Shown one piece after another: positions 40,795 through 55,099 of a DNA stretch of 64,000 bases. The notes under the pieces were generated by a model. That model did not search any database, was not told the origin of the DNA, and worked only from the letters and a program-made list of their open reading frames with translations. The translations under genes were made by a program, and so were the position numbers. Source of the DNA: Marsupella aquatica (lineage: Eukaryota > Plantae > Marchantiophyta); the NCBI GenBank assembly GCA_973895155.1, contig OZ316894.1, positions 21,049,767 to 21,113,766 on the forward strand. Direction: 5' to 3'. Numbering within the stretch: position 1 is the stretch's first letter; each line of letters begins with the position of its first letter.

Positions 40795-43700
40795 GATAAA
40801 ACGCCGGAGATTCCACGAGGTACAAATGGATTTTGTTATTAATTCTTAAGGACTTTATTTCACAACGACATTCTACAATGAAATATTCAGAAATAGATAG
40901 TAGACTAGTAAGTCTCTCGAATCCTATGGCTAGGATGCATGCCTACCTCCGTCCAAGAATGTATTTTCTTGTCTCCCTTGCTCTGCTGTGATCTTTGGTA
41001 CAGATAACTTGCGAAAGTTACATGACTCCTTTTCAATTGAGAGTAACGGCTATCTGTTAAGAATGCAATAATCTTAGGATAGAGTACTGAAATAATTGAA
41101 GGCATATCCAGCTAGTTAAAAGTATCATCAAACTTCGGTACTTGACAGTGAGCATAGAAAGGACACAGTCAAGAGCCTATCGAATTGGCACTCAAAAACT
41201 TCATCTATCAGTCACATAATATCCTAGGGTTGCTTACAGGATAACCCTAACAGGCGTTCATTTGTAAGTTGCCTACACAGTCCATTAATAACCTGGCTGA
41301 AAGATCTCAGGTTTTATAAAAGAGACTTCAATTCAGAAATAAAGCCTATCCAGCATACTTTAGATTGGCCCTATCGAGTTTCATTAGGATTAGCCAGAGA
41401 TGACATGATTGTGACAGCGCCCCACGTCCCTGTGCTCGGAAAACGTATCAAATTTGAAATTCAAGTTTTCATCACATGAGTCTCGTAGCAGGAACTTCAT
41501 GCAACTATGAATTATCATAATCTGGTGCTGGAACACCGATTTTTGTTTAAAAGTAGGACTCTTCAGTCTTATTACCTGAAGGAATTGTACAAGAATAATG
41601 GCTGGTGCCAATCCCAATCAAGCCGGAAGATGAAGGATGAACTCTGCAAATCAAACTTGGTTAAGAATGTATTCATGGTCGTTAGGTAACATCATAATCC
41701 AACATAAAAACGCATGCAAAATTATTCATACCTGGCTGTGGAGTGTTGCCTTAAACGGTCCATATCCAGAATTGCCATCGACTCAGCTCCGTTCCCGCGC
41801 CGGGGCTAGAGAGCTTAATAGTACAGTTGTGAAAATATCTTACCTGTTTGACAACGTTCAAAGCAATCTAAGTAATGCAATCTTGTAGAGTCCTTAAATT
41901 TCAAGTCTCATCTTTCCTTCCCTTTCGACCAACGGGAGACAGTTCACTAGGTGGAGCTCTGTTGGGGAAGCCTTACCCGGGAGAAGGAATCTGAGCTCAA
42001 CTAGAAGGTACCCCTAGAAGCCCAGCTGCAGCAGTATCTTCTCCAGAATCACTTCCTCCTGCACGAAGAAATAAAAATTGCTGTACTTTTTTAATGATTA
42101 ATCCCCACTTTGCCATCCAAACTACAAGTTCAAGAGGAAAAGGTATGAGAAATTCTTCATTTCAAATCCCAAAGCAACCACCGCCATACCTGCACATTGG
42201 CCTTTGTAAAGCTTCGGCGCAAGTGCTCTTGTCTATCGCCCTCCAAGAAAGACGACTTTCGACAGAGATTGTCCTGCATACCATTCGAAAAATTGACGAC
42301 ATTTCTTCAAAGAAGAACTTGTGTACAAGAGATATGCAGACCGTGCACGTCGCAACTTGGGCGGAAGGCTCGACAATATATCCACAACAACAAGTTCACG
42401 CAAATGAGCACAAAATTGATCTACATTGTGATGGGCAATAAAAGAAGCTCGGTCGGTAGACAAGCAGTAGTGGAGTGGGGTCTTATGTGGAAAGGCAGAT
42501 ACAATAGATATCCTTTAAAGTTGACTTGTCTGTAAAGCAAGGCCGATGCAGATGATTGCAAGCAGCAGGAGACGCCATTCAAGAATTGAGCAGGACTTGA
42601 AGAAGGATGGGGTGACGAAAAAGTGTCCCTCGAGATGTTATCCAGCTCCCTTGGCATTAAGAATTGAGAAGAATTATGGCCCAGCAATTGTCAGATTATA
42701 ACGCAGAAGAAAATTGAATGTAGCTAGGTCTTTACTAGCAATTCTCTGCCTCAAGGAAATCGCGAGAAGCCCTGGAAAGGTAGTAACGTGAACTTAACAG
42801 GGATAATTGGATTCGTGCGCATGGACCTATACACACTTCGTGCCAGTTCTCTACAATCAGCTAACGCAACGTGAGCGACAGGGTGTCTGGAGTCTCTAAG
42901 CTCCTAGGTAGCGAATAAAAAAAATGGACCTAAGTAGATACACAAAGGCGGTGGATCAATCCTCAAGGCGGGCAATCTGTTGCAGTTTCACGTAACTGTT
43001 GGAAGGTATATTACGTATCTAGCAACAAAGATAATCAGTAGACAATCAAGCAACAGAATCTTCAAGAAGGGAAGAAAAGATTTTGAAGACATCGATCAAG
43101 TGTTGGGGAGAATTGGACAGACTTTCTACATCGAGGCAGCGGTACTGTAAGTGAGGTTGATCAATCTGCAATTCAAAGTGCACGAGGGAAGGGAGAAGAT
43201 CCCGTACATATTGCCAACAGGTGTCTACAACAGGAAATGTGAACCAATCTGCATTGAAAACAGAGGAGAGCAGTCACGAGAGGAGGGCAAATATCACTAA
43301 AAGGAAACATGCAACAGGACTAGATCGTCAGCTGGTTGTTAATACATTTTTATAGGATGCAGACAACAAATCCAGCAAGTGTTTCAACTCGGTGATCAAT
43401 GGATCAATCGTGCCAGCGTTGACCATATTCACCTGAGGGTGTAAAACAAAATACGAGAACAAGTCCACTAATAGGCATCATACAAGAGTTGACGTATCCA
43501 CATCAAACCAAGGTAGGGATGATTCCCAAACGAAGACATTCTAACTGAAGAAGATCCACTCAATTAGGACAGCGTTGAGCTCTCTTAATGAAGGTCTTCC
43601 CTTCTCTAAGAGCAATTCCGCCTGTTTGTATTAGAGTCCTTTTCCCAAGGCTTTTGCATGGCTTGCACAATTCAAGTTACCGCAGATCTTCTTACAATTA

Positions 43701-45519
43701 CAAGCACTTATAGTGAAAGCCGAATCCTTCTAAATTTTACACCAACCACGCCGCTTGAAACGGGACCTAATTCGTGGACCGTATTTGCCTCATTAATTCA
43801 ACAGTGCCAGTGCTGCAACGATTAGGGAGATGTTGCAAATCACATAGAAATCATGTGTAGTATAGAGATAAATAAGTCGCACACCTGTTGCTTCGTCGTT
43901 GCAATCTGTAAGCTCTGCTGCTCCAGAAGCTTGCGCACCACAACTGCATCTTCCACTCCAGCAATTTGTGTTTCGATAGAGGCGGGCCTCTGTCCAAATC
44001 AGTTGACAAGTGTTACGAAGACTCGATCTCAAGCCTCAATCAAAAGCTGTTATGCTCGACCATTGAAACTTTACAACTTTGGGGATTAAATCTGTAACAT
44101 AGTAAGGAGCGTCGATCAAGCTTCATGCTCTCCAAAACTTTTTTCTTTCTACCGATTCTTTCCGTCCTGCAACATCGCATTCACATATACTTAAAAGAAG
44201 AAAGAACGAAGGGAATTTCAGTGAGGTATGAGATAGGAGGACCATGTCCCGTAGGCAAGTTTGCAAAGGCAGCACTAGTCCATCGTATCAAAATTGGTTG
44301 CGAGAAATGAAATGCACACAAAAATGCAAAGAATAAAGTATAAAGTACCATGACCAAGAAGTAGAACACAACTAGCGCGACCACGGAAAAATCTGAATAC
44401 TCCCCAACTGTTTTGGCACCATTGAGAAAATTGAATATTTTACTCACTAAGAGACACAGTGATGATTCCCGCTTTTCCAACTTTCTAAATCTAGTCCACG
44501 ATCACTCGCTCCCCACTGGCCGAAATTGTTATAACCTATAATCAAACCAGGTTCAGTAACCGACAGGAGGATCAAAAACCTATTAATTCAGTCTAGCTAC
44601 TCACTTGGGCGATCTCTTCCGCTGTACTGATCAATTTAACTCTGGTTTTCAAATGCGCAAGAACACCGCCAATCAATCACATGGAGGTCTCGTCTCGCCA
44701 AATAGAAAGAGAACCCCAAAACCATAAACCCTACCTCTCAGACGCTGAGGACGGTAGACAAGCTTGTCTAGGGAGTTCTTTGCATCAGGGTTCGGGAGTA
44801 GATTTCCTTTGTCTATGAGTCCACCTTCTCTACATGAGCTTTGATTGCCCAATGAATCCATTCTTTCTAGTTGAGTGTTGGTGAATGAGCGTTGACTGGA
44901 GGATAAGGGAATTAGCAAAAAGGAGCTGGGCAGGATCAAGAACGTTCGGAAGATAGTGATCTAAACTTGCGATCCCAAATTTCAATTCGTACTAAAAATT
45001 CTGTGCAGTAGCTGTGAGGTTCAACAAGGCAGAAAAATCACAACTTCTTTGCGATAGTGTGTTTCTCACACCAATTTCGTCCATTAGAGTCACAATCACT
45101 TGGGGAAATGGAACGAAGGCCCACCTTTGATGTCTCCGAAAAAGCTGCAGACATTCACATTGAAGGTTGACTGAGAGACATTGTGAATCAAATTCCAGAT
45201 AAATTAACAGAAGACAACAAGATTCGAGAAGCTCAGTCTTTACCTGATACTGGATGCGAAGAATACGAAGCCCTAGGCATTGTTGACCTTGCGACAGTCG
45301 TTTTGAGCATTTTAGCTTGGTGAATTTAAGGACGAAGTGGGGTGTGGCAATCGAAGGCATCAAAATGACGACGAAGATCGTTGTCTTCAAAATCTGTCGT
45401 CAGTTCAGATTTTGAACCATGGGCACTAAACCCTACAGTTCAGTATGTCTTCCATAGATGTGTCTAGCTTAGTCACCTACTCCTATAGCTTAACCCCCTT
45501 TGTTTTGTCCATAATTTAG

Positions 45520-45770
45520 AGGTATTTTATAATGCGAGCAAACACGAGTTTTGTTAGCAAAGGGAGTATTGTTAGCGAGACCCTTGTGGTTTTAAATTTA
45601 TTTTGCTTTTTGCTGCCTTTTCTATTTTCTGTGTGTTTTTTATGACTCCAGATGGCTAGCGAGATCGCTAGCAAAAAGAGGAGTCCCCAAAATAGATGTT
45701 ATCAAGCACTTTACTGTCAGCGAGACAATTGCATATAGAAAAATTAGGGGTCATGTGAATAAACTTTTTG
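45520..45770 (+). repeat. Dispersed ~230-bp repeat family, copy 2
   Basis: ttagcaaagggagtattgttagcgag...gatggctagcgagatcgctagcaaaaagaggagtcccc, similar to 11610-11830 and 63310-63545. Confidence 0.7.
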
Positions 45771-48700
45771 CTCATGCGAGGAAAATTTCTACTGTTTACT
45801 CGCACCCTACAATGACCCATTTAGAGGTAATTGACTTTGTGGAGGGGTCAGCAATCCCATCTGTTTAATGTAGTTGTTGTGTTAGTGGTTATATCCAGCT
45901 TATTGCAGGTCAGCAGCTTAGTTCCCCCATATGAACATGTTGAGTAAAACCTGGGTTCTTGCTATGTTTTGGGTTCAAAGAGTACATTATTTAATACGTA
46001 TCTCCTTAAACCACACCTGCTCCTTCAAGAGCTATGGGTCCCCTAGGATCCAAATCTCACCAGTAAGAATAACTTTCATTTCCCCCCTAACTAGTGGAGC
46101 AGACTGGCACCTTAGAGGAAACAAGTGAGTCACACGTGGAAAAAGGGAGTAGTATATATTGGACACTTGTCCCTTATACATGGGTAGTGGTGGTTTAAAG
46201 AAATCAGGTGCTAGCCTCCATTGTGGACAACTTCTTTCCAAAGTGAGAGATTTTGAGTTTAAAATGTTGGGCGGGCAGGTATGTGTGTTTGTCATGGACT
46301 GTATTTCATTCTGGAAGGCCACAAATTGCGGGGAGTTTGTGAGGGACCCCAATGCTCTCACCAAAGTTGTTGCCTCATAATTCTCAGCTTTGCTTAAGTA
46401 AGAGTATCCTAACCAATACTGTTGTGCCATTTTACAACTTGGTAAATGCCTGAGTTCAATTGCAGATCAGCTTGTTGATAGCAGACTGCGCCCGTTGCAT
46501 CCCCACCCAGCACAATGTACTGCAATGGTCGTTTGCCAACTCCACTTGCACCACTACCAATCAGATGTCTCACAATGGGGTTGATCTTTGTTCCATAGTG
46601 TATGGTGAGGGTGGGCAGGCAACCCTCCCCCATGCCCAAACTTGCCCGTTCTGGCGTGCAGGAGGTAGCTTCTGATGGGCCGGGCTCTAGAGTTTTAATT
46701 GTTGGCTTGATGGTGATCAAAAGACCCATGTCCCAAGCCGATCACACTAAAGTCATCCCTGGCCGGGCTTTCCCTGCAACTGGTGGAAATGATCCAAGCC
46801 ATTGCGGGAGTTGGTTCCACGACAAACCAACTGGTGGGAGCTAGGTTCCAAGTAACCAATGCGCAGTGAGAGACTGCAAAATGGGAGCAGGAAAATGAGC
46901 AAGAACACTGCTTTTGTCGAAAGAGCATAATTAGCCTGGCAATTGTCAATCACAATCCTCCTTTGCAAAATGAAGGGTCATTCCAATCAACAACCCAACT
47001 CCTTCAAATTTATTATCATTGTGGATAAGACAAAGCCTAAAGTCTCTATAAATGTATTGATACAGTTACTTGCCTTCTTTCCCCCCTATGAGTTCTTTGT
47101 TCCAGATTTCTCCTCCTAATACCCTCTTCATGATGTTCGATATGAATTCTTGTATACTTTACATCCCATAATTTTGATATCTAAATCACCTACATTTCAT
47201 GTCTGACTAGGCTATGTGCAAAAAATAGACGTCTCTTGTTGTGCTCAACTGGAACTTGGTTTTATTGCGAGAACTCACCCCACACTGCAAATGGTAGCAA
47301 CCCACATCCAGCCAGCCTGCTAAAGCAAAACATTACAATTTGATTGAATACAGCTAGGGTAATCTGCTAACTTGCAGAGCACCCACTTCAGGTCCCAAAG
47401 TTTCCAAATACAATACACCTGACACCATTAATGTGCCAGAGTGCCACTTCTTAAGACCACGGCTCACTCCATCCTGGCTTAATGGGCCCCCACTGGGAGT
47501 CAGCTAGAATTGGGAAAGTTTCTAAAGGAGCAGTGTGCCTAGTTGCTGCTATTGAAGGGTCGTGGCTGTTTTCATCATGGGACAAATAGCAAACAGCTGC
47601 TGGGCTTGTCTCATGAAGACTCCCTTAAAACTATCCAAGCCCTTCATCTTTGTATATGTGGCTTGGATTCAAAGATTCTTAGTGTAGACTCCTCCCAACA
47701 ATTGTTCCATGTTATGCTTTCAATTGTAGTGTTTATGTTAGGCCCAGTCAGGCCAGAGAGAGAGGCCCTTGTTTCAAACTTTGATTTCATCATTTATTTA
47801 TTTAAAATGGAGTGACCACATTCATAAGTGGCAGGATACAAGTGTGAAACTCTTAGACCAGAAATATCTCAGACTATTAATGTTACTAGCCCGGACTACC
47901 TGTTCTTTGAACGTGAATAGCGGAGAGGACAATCTTGGGGGTCTCACTATATGGATGCCTCCCCATCACCTGCAACGTTATATGCCTCAGGCCTCCTAAA
48001 ATGTAAGATTTTGTTTTTTAAATTGACCCCTATAAAGTTGGAATATTCCAAAAAATTAGTTATAAGGACCCTAATGTTTTTATAAGTCTCAAAATTGAAT
48101 TTAAAAGACCCTATTGTTCTTCTCATAAAATTCTTAAGTCTTCCCTTTGAACCAATAAAATGACCCTATACTTTGTCACAAGTGATGTACCATTTTTGTG
48201 AAAGTGAAACCCCCAAGAGGACAATAAAAGCGTTACCAAAAATATTCTCTGTTCATATTCTTTGAAGGTTTATGAAATGATAAAACCCCATCATATTAAT
48301 ACTCATATAGAACACACCATTCTCCTTTCATATGCACATCATTCTTTCTATGCACATATGTTGTGGTGGGGCCATAGTGCACATTTTTTGAATGTAAATA
48401 CTTACAAATTATCACAAAAAACTTGCATGTACCAGTTGACATACATTATAGTCATGTGTTTTTCCCATGCACATGAGTTTTTCCAGACACATGATGGCCA
48501 TGGAATTAAGGTCTAGAGGCTTCACTCTAGAATAGGCCCTTAAAAGTAGACTTCAGTTGACGCTTTTATAGTAAGATAAACTTGTTTTATACTAGGTAAT
48601 TTTTACTAGCCAAATCAAGTTAACTCCATCGGAAGTTAGGGACAGAACGTGCCAAACCTGTGACGAGGGAGGACCGAAGGGAGAACAACAGGAAGGAGAG

Positions 48701-51700
48701 GTGAGTTGAAGAGGAGGCTTCATGGCCGGCTTTCCAGCTTTTCATCATTCTTTCCTATCCACAGTAAAACCGCCTATTTGAGTGTAAGAGTGATGTAAGA
48801 ATTGAAACATTTCTTGTAGACAATAATAAGAACAAATGGCTGGTGTGCAAGAGATGAATAGAGGGATTAGGTGTGACGTTGTGGGTTGTGTGTTGCAAGT
48901 AGTTACACAACTCTTTTTGTTTGCACTCCTTCTGTTTTAGCCTCCCCTAATATTGCCTTCATTTTTTCTTGTGTTTTGGACCAAGTCTTACCAGTTATTG
49001 TAGGTGTGTCCTTGAGGCCTCCTTGTCTACAACTTGACTTCATTTTAGGTACATCTGATGAGCTCTCTTGTTGGGTGACATATCCACTGGTTATTCACAT
49101 CCTAACGCAAAGTAATTATCAGCTGTGGTTCCCCACAGTTGCATTGTTGCATCATGTGCTGGAGCAAGTGATGCCTTTTGGTCCACCATTATTATCAGGT
49201 GTCAAGCTAGAACTTTGTGACAGAGTAAATCCAGATCCTGAAGTACCAACTTCAATCAGGTTTAAGGTTCAAGAACCTTGGCGCCATAAAAACTTTAAAT
49301 AAGACTATTGGCCAGAAGTCCCTCTTGTAGAATATCTGCCAAAAGCAATATCTGCCAAAACAAGCATCCAATCACAGCTAAGTTTTATCAGGCAGATTTA
49401 TGTTGTTCTCCATTGATGTTTTAAGTTGTACCAACCTGTTTCTACATAAGCGGGTGATTCTCCAGGCTATGGCTCGGCAACAGTTGCATGACCAAAAGGT
49501 AAACCAACCTCTTGGGCTGCTAAGGAACTGCTACAAAAGTCTCATTGGGATTTGAAGTAGCACAATCAAAGTATAACAATTCAAAGCTGGCTGCTACCAT
49601 AGCTCGTTCGGATTCCAAGTGGCGTGATCAAATTCAATATTTTCACGTAATTGAGCATGTCTTGCATTTTTCTTCAAAGTAGCAGGATCAAGAAAAATAA
49701 CTCCATCGAATTCCCTACCATACACCTACTTCATAGCAATCCTTCTTCCCTGCCCTGGTGAACTTCGTTGGCTCATCTCCAGATTGGCTGAAATCAATTT
49801 ACAGTACTTGGATTGAGTGTGGTGGTACATCGTTTTCCTTTCCTGTTCATTAAAAGTTGTTACGTGACTTTAGTGTGCTTGGTCGGTGTGAAATAGCTGT
49901 GCCACCAATTTCTCGTTCCTTCCCAATAAAGTACCGACTGTACTCGACAGATGTTGGCGTCTAATGGTGATAGAACCATTAGAACATCCTCCGTTTACCT
50001 TTCCAGAAAGGTACGAGTGCGCTCAGAAATTCTGTACAGTACGGAATGTTACCTTTCCAGAAAGGTCCGCACAGGGTTTAACACGGATGGTGGGTGTGCG
50101 GTTATGGTGGTCACATCTGACCACTAAGCCACTGGAGACAGTATTTGTAACACTCACAAAAAACACCATTAGACTTTCCCCGTTTCTCATCCTCATTCAT
50201 TCAGAAAGCCGTCTTTGTTCGTAAAAAATCTTCCAGTAGGAGCGAGTAGATTGCTGCATACATGCCTCTGACACCCAGTCCCATAGCAAAACAAATTGGG
50301 AGAAGGCCAAGCCATGTTAGGAGAGAAGACCATGGATGTCAGTTCCAGGCCCCAGGCTATCACTATGGTGTCGCGGGTAACTGATGTCAAATCTCGTGTG
50401 CTGCAAACTTGTGGCAAAATCAAGGCAAAAGCAATGAGGCTGCATTGGAAATCAACAGGAAACAATGGAATCAATCGAAATAAAACTCCAGTGGGAATTC
50501 TTCGGAACCCTCTGCTTCAACAAACACTAACCGAAAACATATTTCCAATCAGCAACGTGGCAAAAATGGTGACACAGATACACTGAAGTGTCATGGAGAG
50601 TGGACAAGGTAGAGGTAACAGAACAGTCGGCTGAAATGTGAACAGGACAAGCAACATGATTTCATAAGAACTTTACGTCTACCTCATTATGTATCATTCC
50701 CCTCCATGCACTTGAATATTCAAGATGCTCATTGAAGCGAAGAGGAAATAAAGACTACCCTGATAACGCACTTCTTGTAACCGAATCCGAACGTGATCTT
50801 CATGCTAAGTCCTAAAAGGCAGATCTGTCCCTCCCGCACTTCTCGTACCCGAATGCGCCAGCAGAACATGATCTTCATCAGAAGTCCTAACAGTGCAGCA
50901 TAATCCATTTCACAACAAACCCAAACCTAGTTCGCTGCCGGACAACATCATCTACACTTCAACAATTGCATTCACTATGCCAGTATTATTTCACGGCTAC
51001 GAGCACAGACATTACAACTGGATCGTCCAGCTCCTTCTGATACCTTTTTCTGCGAGTAAGGACACAGTTACCTAGAATCTTACCTTGCAAAACATCATTA
51101 CCATGGATGTCCTTAACTTCAACCGTTTTAACCCCTCGATCTTCTCGAGAGGCATTTGCTGTCAACGACCAAGTGCTGGCCAAAACGTCCGTGGAAAAGG
51201 CCCACATGACACTTCAACAATATCATGCAATGTCCATAAGTGGAAGATCCCTGAAGACCGCACTTTGGATAGTGGGACTGACCATCGAGATTTATGACAA
51301 CACTGACCGTGTTCATATTCGCAGATCCAGGTTACTTGGTTCCCGTTGTACCCCTTTCTCATTCATTCATCCCCCCGGGGACAACCAAACGATTCTCAGA
51401 CAAACTCTTCACACAAGAGGACCACCCATAGTCCAGACAGTTCTAGAAAGAGGTGGCAGCAACACCTCTGTTGCTACCATAACTAAAAATGGTACACGCT
51501 CTTCCACAACAGAATATCTTACAGGGGAGGCGATATGAAGCCAAGGACTTAAGGCTGAAGCTCCGCACCAAGACTATTACTAACCTACATCCAAAACAAG
51601 GTGCAGAGTTCAGGACCTAAAAAAAAGAACCACAAGCTGCCCAGCTCACCACTCTAGGTGCCCAGTGCTCTACGCTGATGCAAATGCCTATATTCAAGGT

Positions 51701-52121
51701 AAAGTAGCATTGCGCAAGGCCTTCACTTTGGTGTAACACCCACGAGCCTCCCATAGACAGCCTCCATATATCGAAATATTGGCCAAGTTAAAGGCTTGCG
51801 TACTAAATGGGACCCAATATCCTCGCCTATCATCCTGGCACCAGTGCAAGGCGTCTCTTAGCTGCCAAAAATATCTTAATCTCCAAAAACAGACTTATTG
51901 CCTTAGAGCTTTTATGATGTATCTAACAACAGCCAAACGTACTATAAAACTACATCCTTTTATGAAGGGAACGCGGGAGGCCCGACAGTAAGAACTTCGA
52001 CTTGCATTCTCTTTCTCATGGAAGTCAATAGCCAGGTACCACAGATCCTGCTCCGGCAGAGGGCAGCCAGCTGAGGATAGTCATCTGCACAATATAAATG
52101 GATAGGCATATTTTGAAGTAG

Positions 52122-54990
52122 TTAGGCTCCTCTGCCCACTTGTCTAGGAGACTTCGTATACGCAGAAACTTGTGCACCCCCTGCATTTGGTCTTACACCA
52201 TTCTGCCCATACCCATTCCGGGAGCCCTGATGGCTGCCGTGTGGCTGATAATGATAGTGTCCATTTCCAGTTCCATAAGATCGATGTCGCTCTCCTTGAG
52301 CTTGGTGGTGGTGGTGGCTATTCGATGACCCTGCCACATCCTTCATGTCCAAAAGAGGCCGGAGTTGCTCGACAACATCTTGCATTTGTGGTCTAGACCT
52401 CGGATCCCTATTCAGGCAATTGTGCGCAAGTATGGCAGCCTTCTGTAGCCCTCGCGGACTGTATTGGCCATCAAGCCGAGGATCAACCAATCGATACATC
52501 TTTCGTTTCTCGGACAGGTACGGTCTTGCCCATTCGACGAGGTTCTGCTCTCCGCTAGGTCGATTTTTATCCATCGACTTCCTCCCAGTGAGCATCTCCA
52601 ACAGCACGACGCCGAACGAATATACGTCACTCCGTGGTGTGAGATGGCCTGGAAGGAACATGAAACGGGTATGAGCATGATTTTCGTCAAGAAAACAACA
52701 CAACTGATGTGTCCCTGATGAATTGGAGAGTAGTTGTACCTTGAAGAGAAGTGGACATTAATATGGAAACCTTGAAAAGAATAGGGTTGTCAAACTAGCA
52801 CACGCTTTCCACACCTTTTAAATGGGCTCTACCCTACCTGACTTGTGACATCTATCAAATTGTTGTACGGAGATAACTACAACCGGAAACGTCAAATCTA
52901 AGATTAATTTCAACGAGTACAGATCACGAAGAGCTACCTAATAAAATGACTGGCCTTTCAAGAACTACGTCACGGGAAGTGTACTGCCATCTGGAAGTTA
53001 GGTCTCGTTACCCGTCATGACATATTCAGGGGCAGCGTAGCCATAAGTCCCCATCACGCGAGTTGACACGTGAGTCTTATCGCCTTCGGGCCCGTCCTTG
53101 GCGAGACCAAAATCGGACAGCTTAGCTGTGTAATCCTGCCAAAAGGAAGAAATATGACACAAATTATGATCAGTATAAACTTACAGGTTGTGAGGGACAT
53201 CACCCTACTCTTCACTGCACACTTGATTTACTGTAGCTGACGAAACACAGGTAGGCATGGAGACCATCGACTACAGTTTGCACAGATGACCAAATTCAAC
53301 ACAAAATCATGAGGAGAAGGCTCCAGACAAAATGGGTTACGTACCGAATCAAGAAGGATGTTCGACGTCTTGAAGTCACGGTAAATCACGTGCTTCTCGT
53401 GCTTTTCGGCGCCTTCGTGCAAGAACGCCAGGCCCTTGGCGGCTCCATACGCAATCTTCATTCTGGTATTCCATGGCAGAGGGAGTGCACCCTCTGAAGT
53501 AAGAGAAGATCATCAGTAAAAGTCCGTCTAAAAGTCTGTCTCATGGGCATGTAAGTCCATCAAATGCGAGTTGGAGACAATATTTTTTTTTAAAATTGAA
53601 ACAAAATCATCCCAGGTGTAGACTATCTCGACATCAACACAACAATGACGCTCTGATGAGATCAATAACAAACTTACTCCACTAGCTACCCCAGTTGTTG
53701 GTCTTAAACACATTACCGAAAACAAGAAAGCTTTTACATTTCCAGCAGTCACAGACGCCAACCGAAAAATTGTAACCGTAGTATCCAAGAGCCTCCCGTG
53801 CCACAAAGGAAGGCAAAATACAGAGAGGACATCCGACTATACCTAATCCACAGTCAGTAGGAGCGGGCACTTACTTCTAAATAGGTGATTCTCCAAACTT
53901 CCTCTGGGCATAAACTCGTAGACGAGCAACCGCTGGTCGTCTTCACTACAATACCCAATCAACTTTACTAAGTTGGGGTGATGCAGCTGTCCCAAAAAGT
54001 TCACTTCCGCCTGAAATCAGCACACGACGGAAAGCGGTCCACTGTTAAATACTTCTACTTCACACCGGTATTGCAAGACTTTAGGATGAACAAGGAGGAC
54101 AACTGCGAGGGAGGTGAGACCGTACCAGCCACTCCTTGTGTCCTTGTAGGCCCTCTTGATTCAACTGCTTGACGGCTACCACGAGGCCAGTCCCTGGTTT
54201 AACAGGTCCTGTGCCAAACTCGTCTATCCAACCCTTGAACACGCAACCAAACCCGCCCTCCCCTAAGAGACTGTCCGGCCTAAAATTCCGAGTGGCTGCC
54301 TTCAGCTCCTGATAACTGCAAATCCGAAGATGGAAACCTGACGAAATGTCGTCGACAGTGGGGAGCGACGAAATCTTTTGCATTGGTGGCGGTTTGCTAC
54401 TGTCGTCTGGAGATTCAGGGCGGTCACGACCTGTCAAAGAAACTGTTAACTTACTGGGATCTTCTCCGTGGCCTACTTATGGCAACCACAATGTCTACTT
54501 ACACAGCAATCCAGCCAAAACCTTGTGTTATACTCGGCTAGCTAGCTTTGTGCCGTACGGCACTTCAGTAGAGGTACGTCACGGGTCCAGAAAGAAAATG
54601 GGGACAAAATAAGGCCGCTCGCTCAGAAGGAGGTGGAACACGAAGAAAAAAGACCTACACTTTCATAAATATCAGTAGTACGTACAGTGCTCTTAGATCA
54701 TTATAGGTGATTAAGGGCATCGCTTCTAAGCAGTACGCCCTTCCGTCTGCTCATCTAATCTATCTAAAGGACGTCAAGGGTTTGTAAGACTGCTAGATAC
54801 GAGGAAGAAGAGACGACAATAAGTCGATAACATGGGGGAGGGAGTCGACGGAAACGGACGTGGTGTCTGGTATAATGGAAGGAGGGATTTGCAGTCGAGA
54901 GGGGTTGCGAAAGGAGCGAGACATACCGGAATTACTAAACTCGTCTGCAAAGCTGTCGGTCTTACTCGACTTGGTCCAGCAGTTTCCCAT
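52122..54990 (-). CDS. Receptor-like cytoplasmic kinase, subfamily VII (PBL/APK1-like), 6 exons, 434 aa
   Basis: Exons 54990-54927, 54430-54126, 54010-53875, 53493-53345, 53135-53012, 52648-52122, in frame. N-terminal MGNCW acylation motif, [74 protein letters not shown] and [12 protein letters not shown]. Confidence 0.93.
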
Positions 54991-55099
54991 TACCGTGCGC
55001 TCATACAATGCTTGCCAGCATGTACACATCTTGGCTATACTCTGGGGAGAAAACCGCTGTTTGTTCTCCTCCCTAATCCATCACCGTACTAGTCCTCCA

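Noticed and set aside
41900-45400. Possible decayed gene(s) upstream of the PPR gene
   Set aside because: Short frames broken by stops, no recognisable motif; cannot support a call.
45800-49900. Possible TE-derived coding remnants (ORFs 46032-46729 and minus-strand frames near 49-49.9 kb)
   Set aside because: Look like degraded coding DNA but I found no diagnostic RT, integrase or transposase motif.
50986-51538. Overlapping short ORFs downstream of the RLCK gene
   Set aside because: No domain or consistent splice structure; probably 3' UTR or intergenic.
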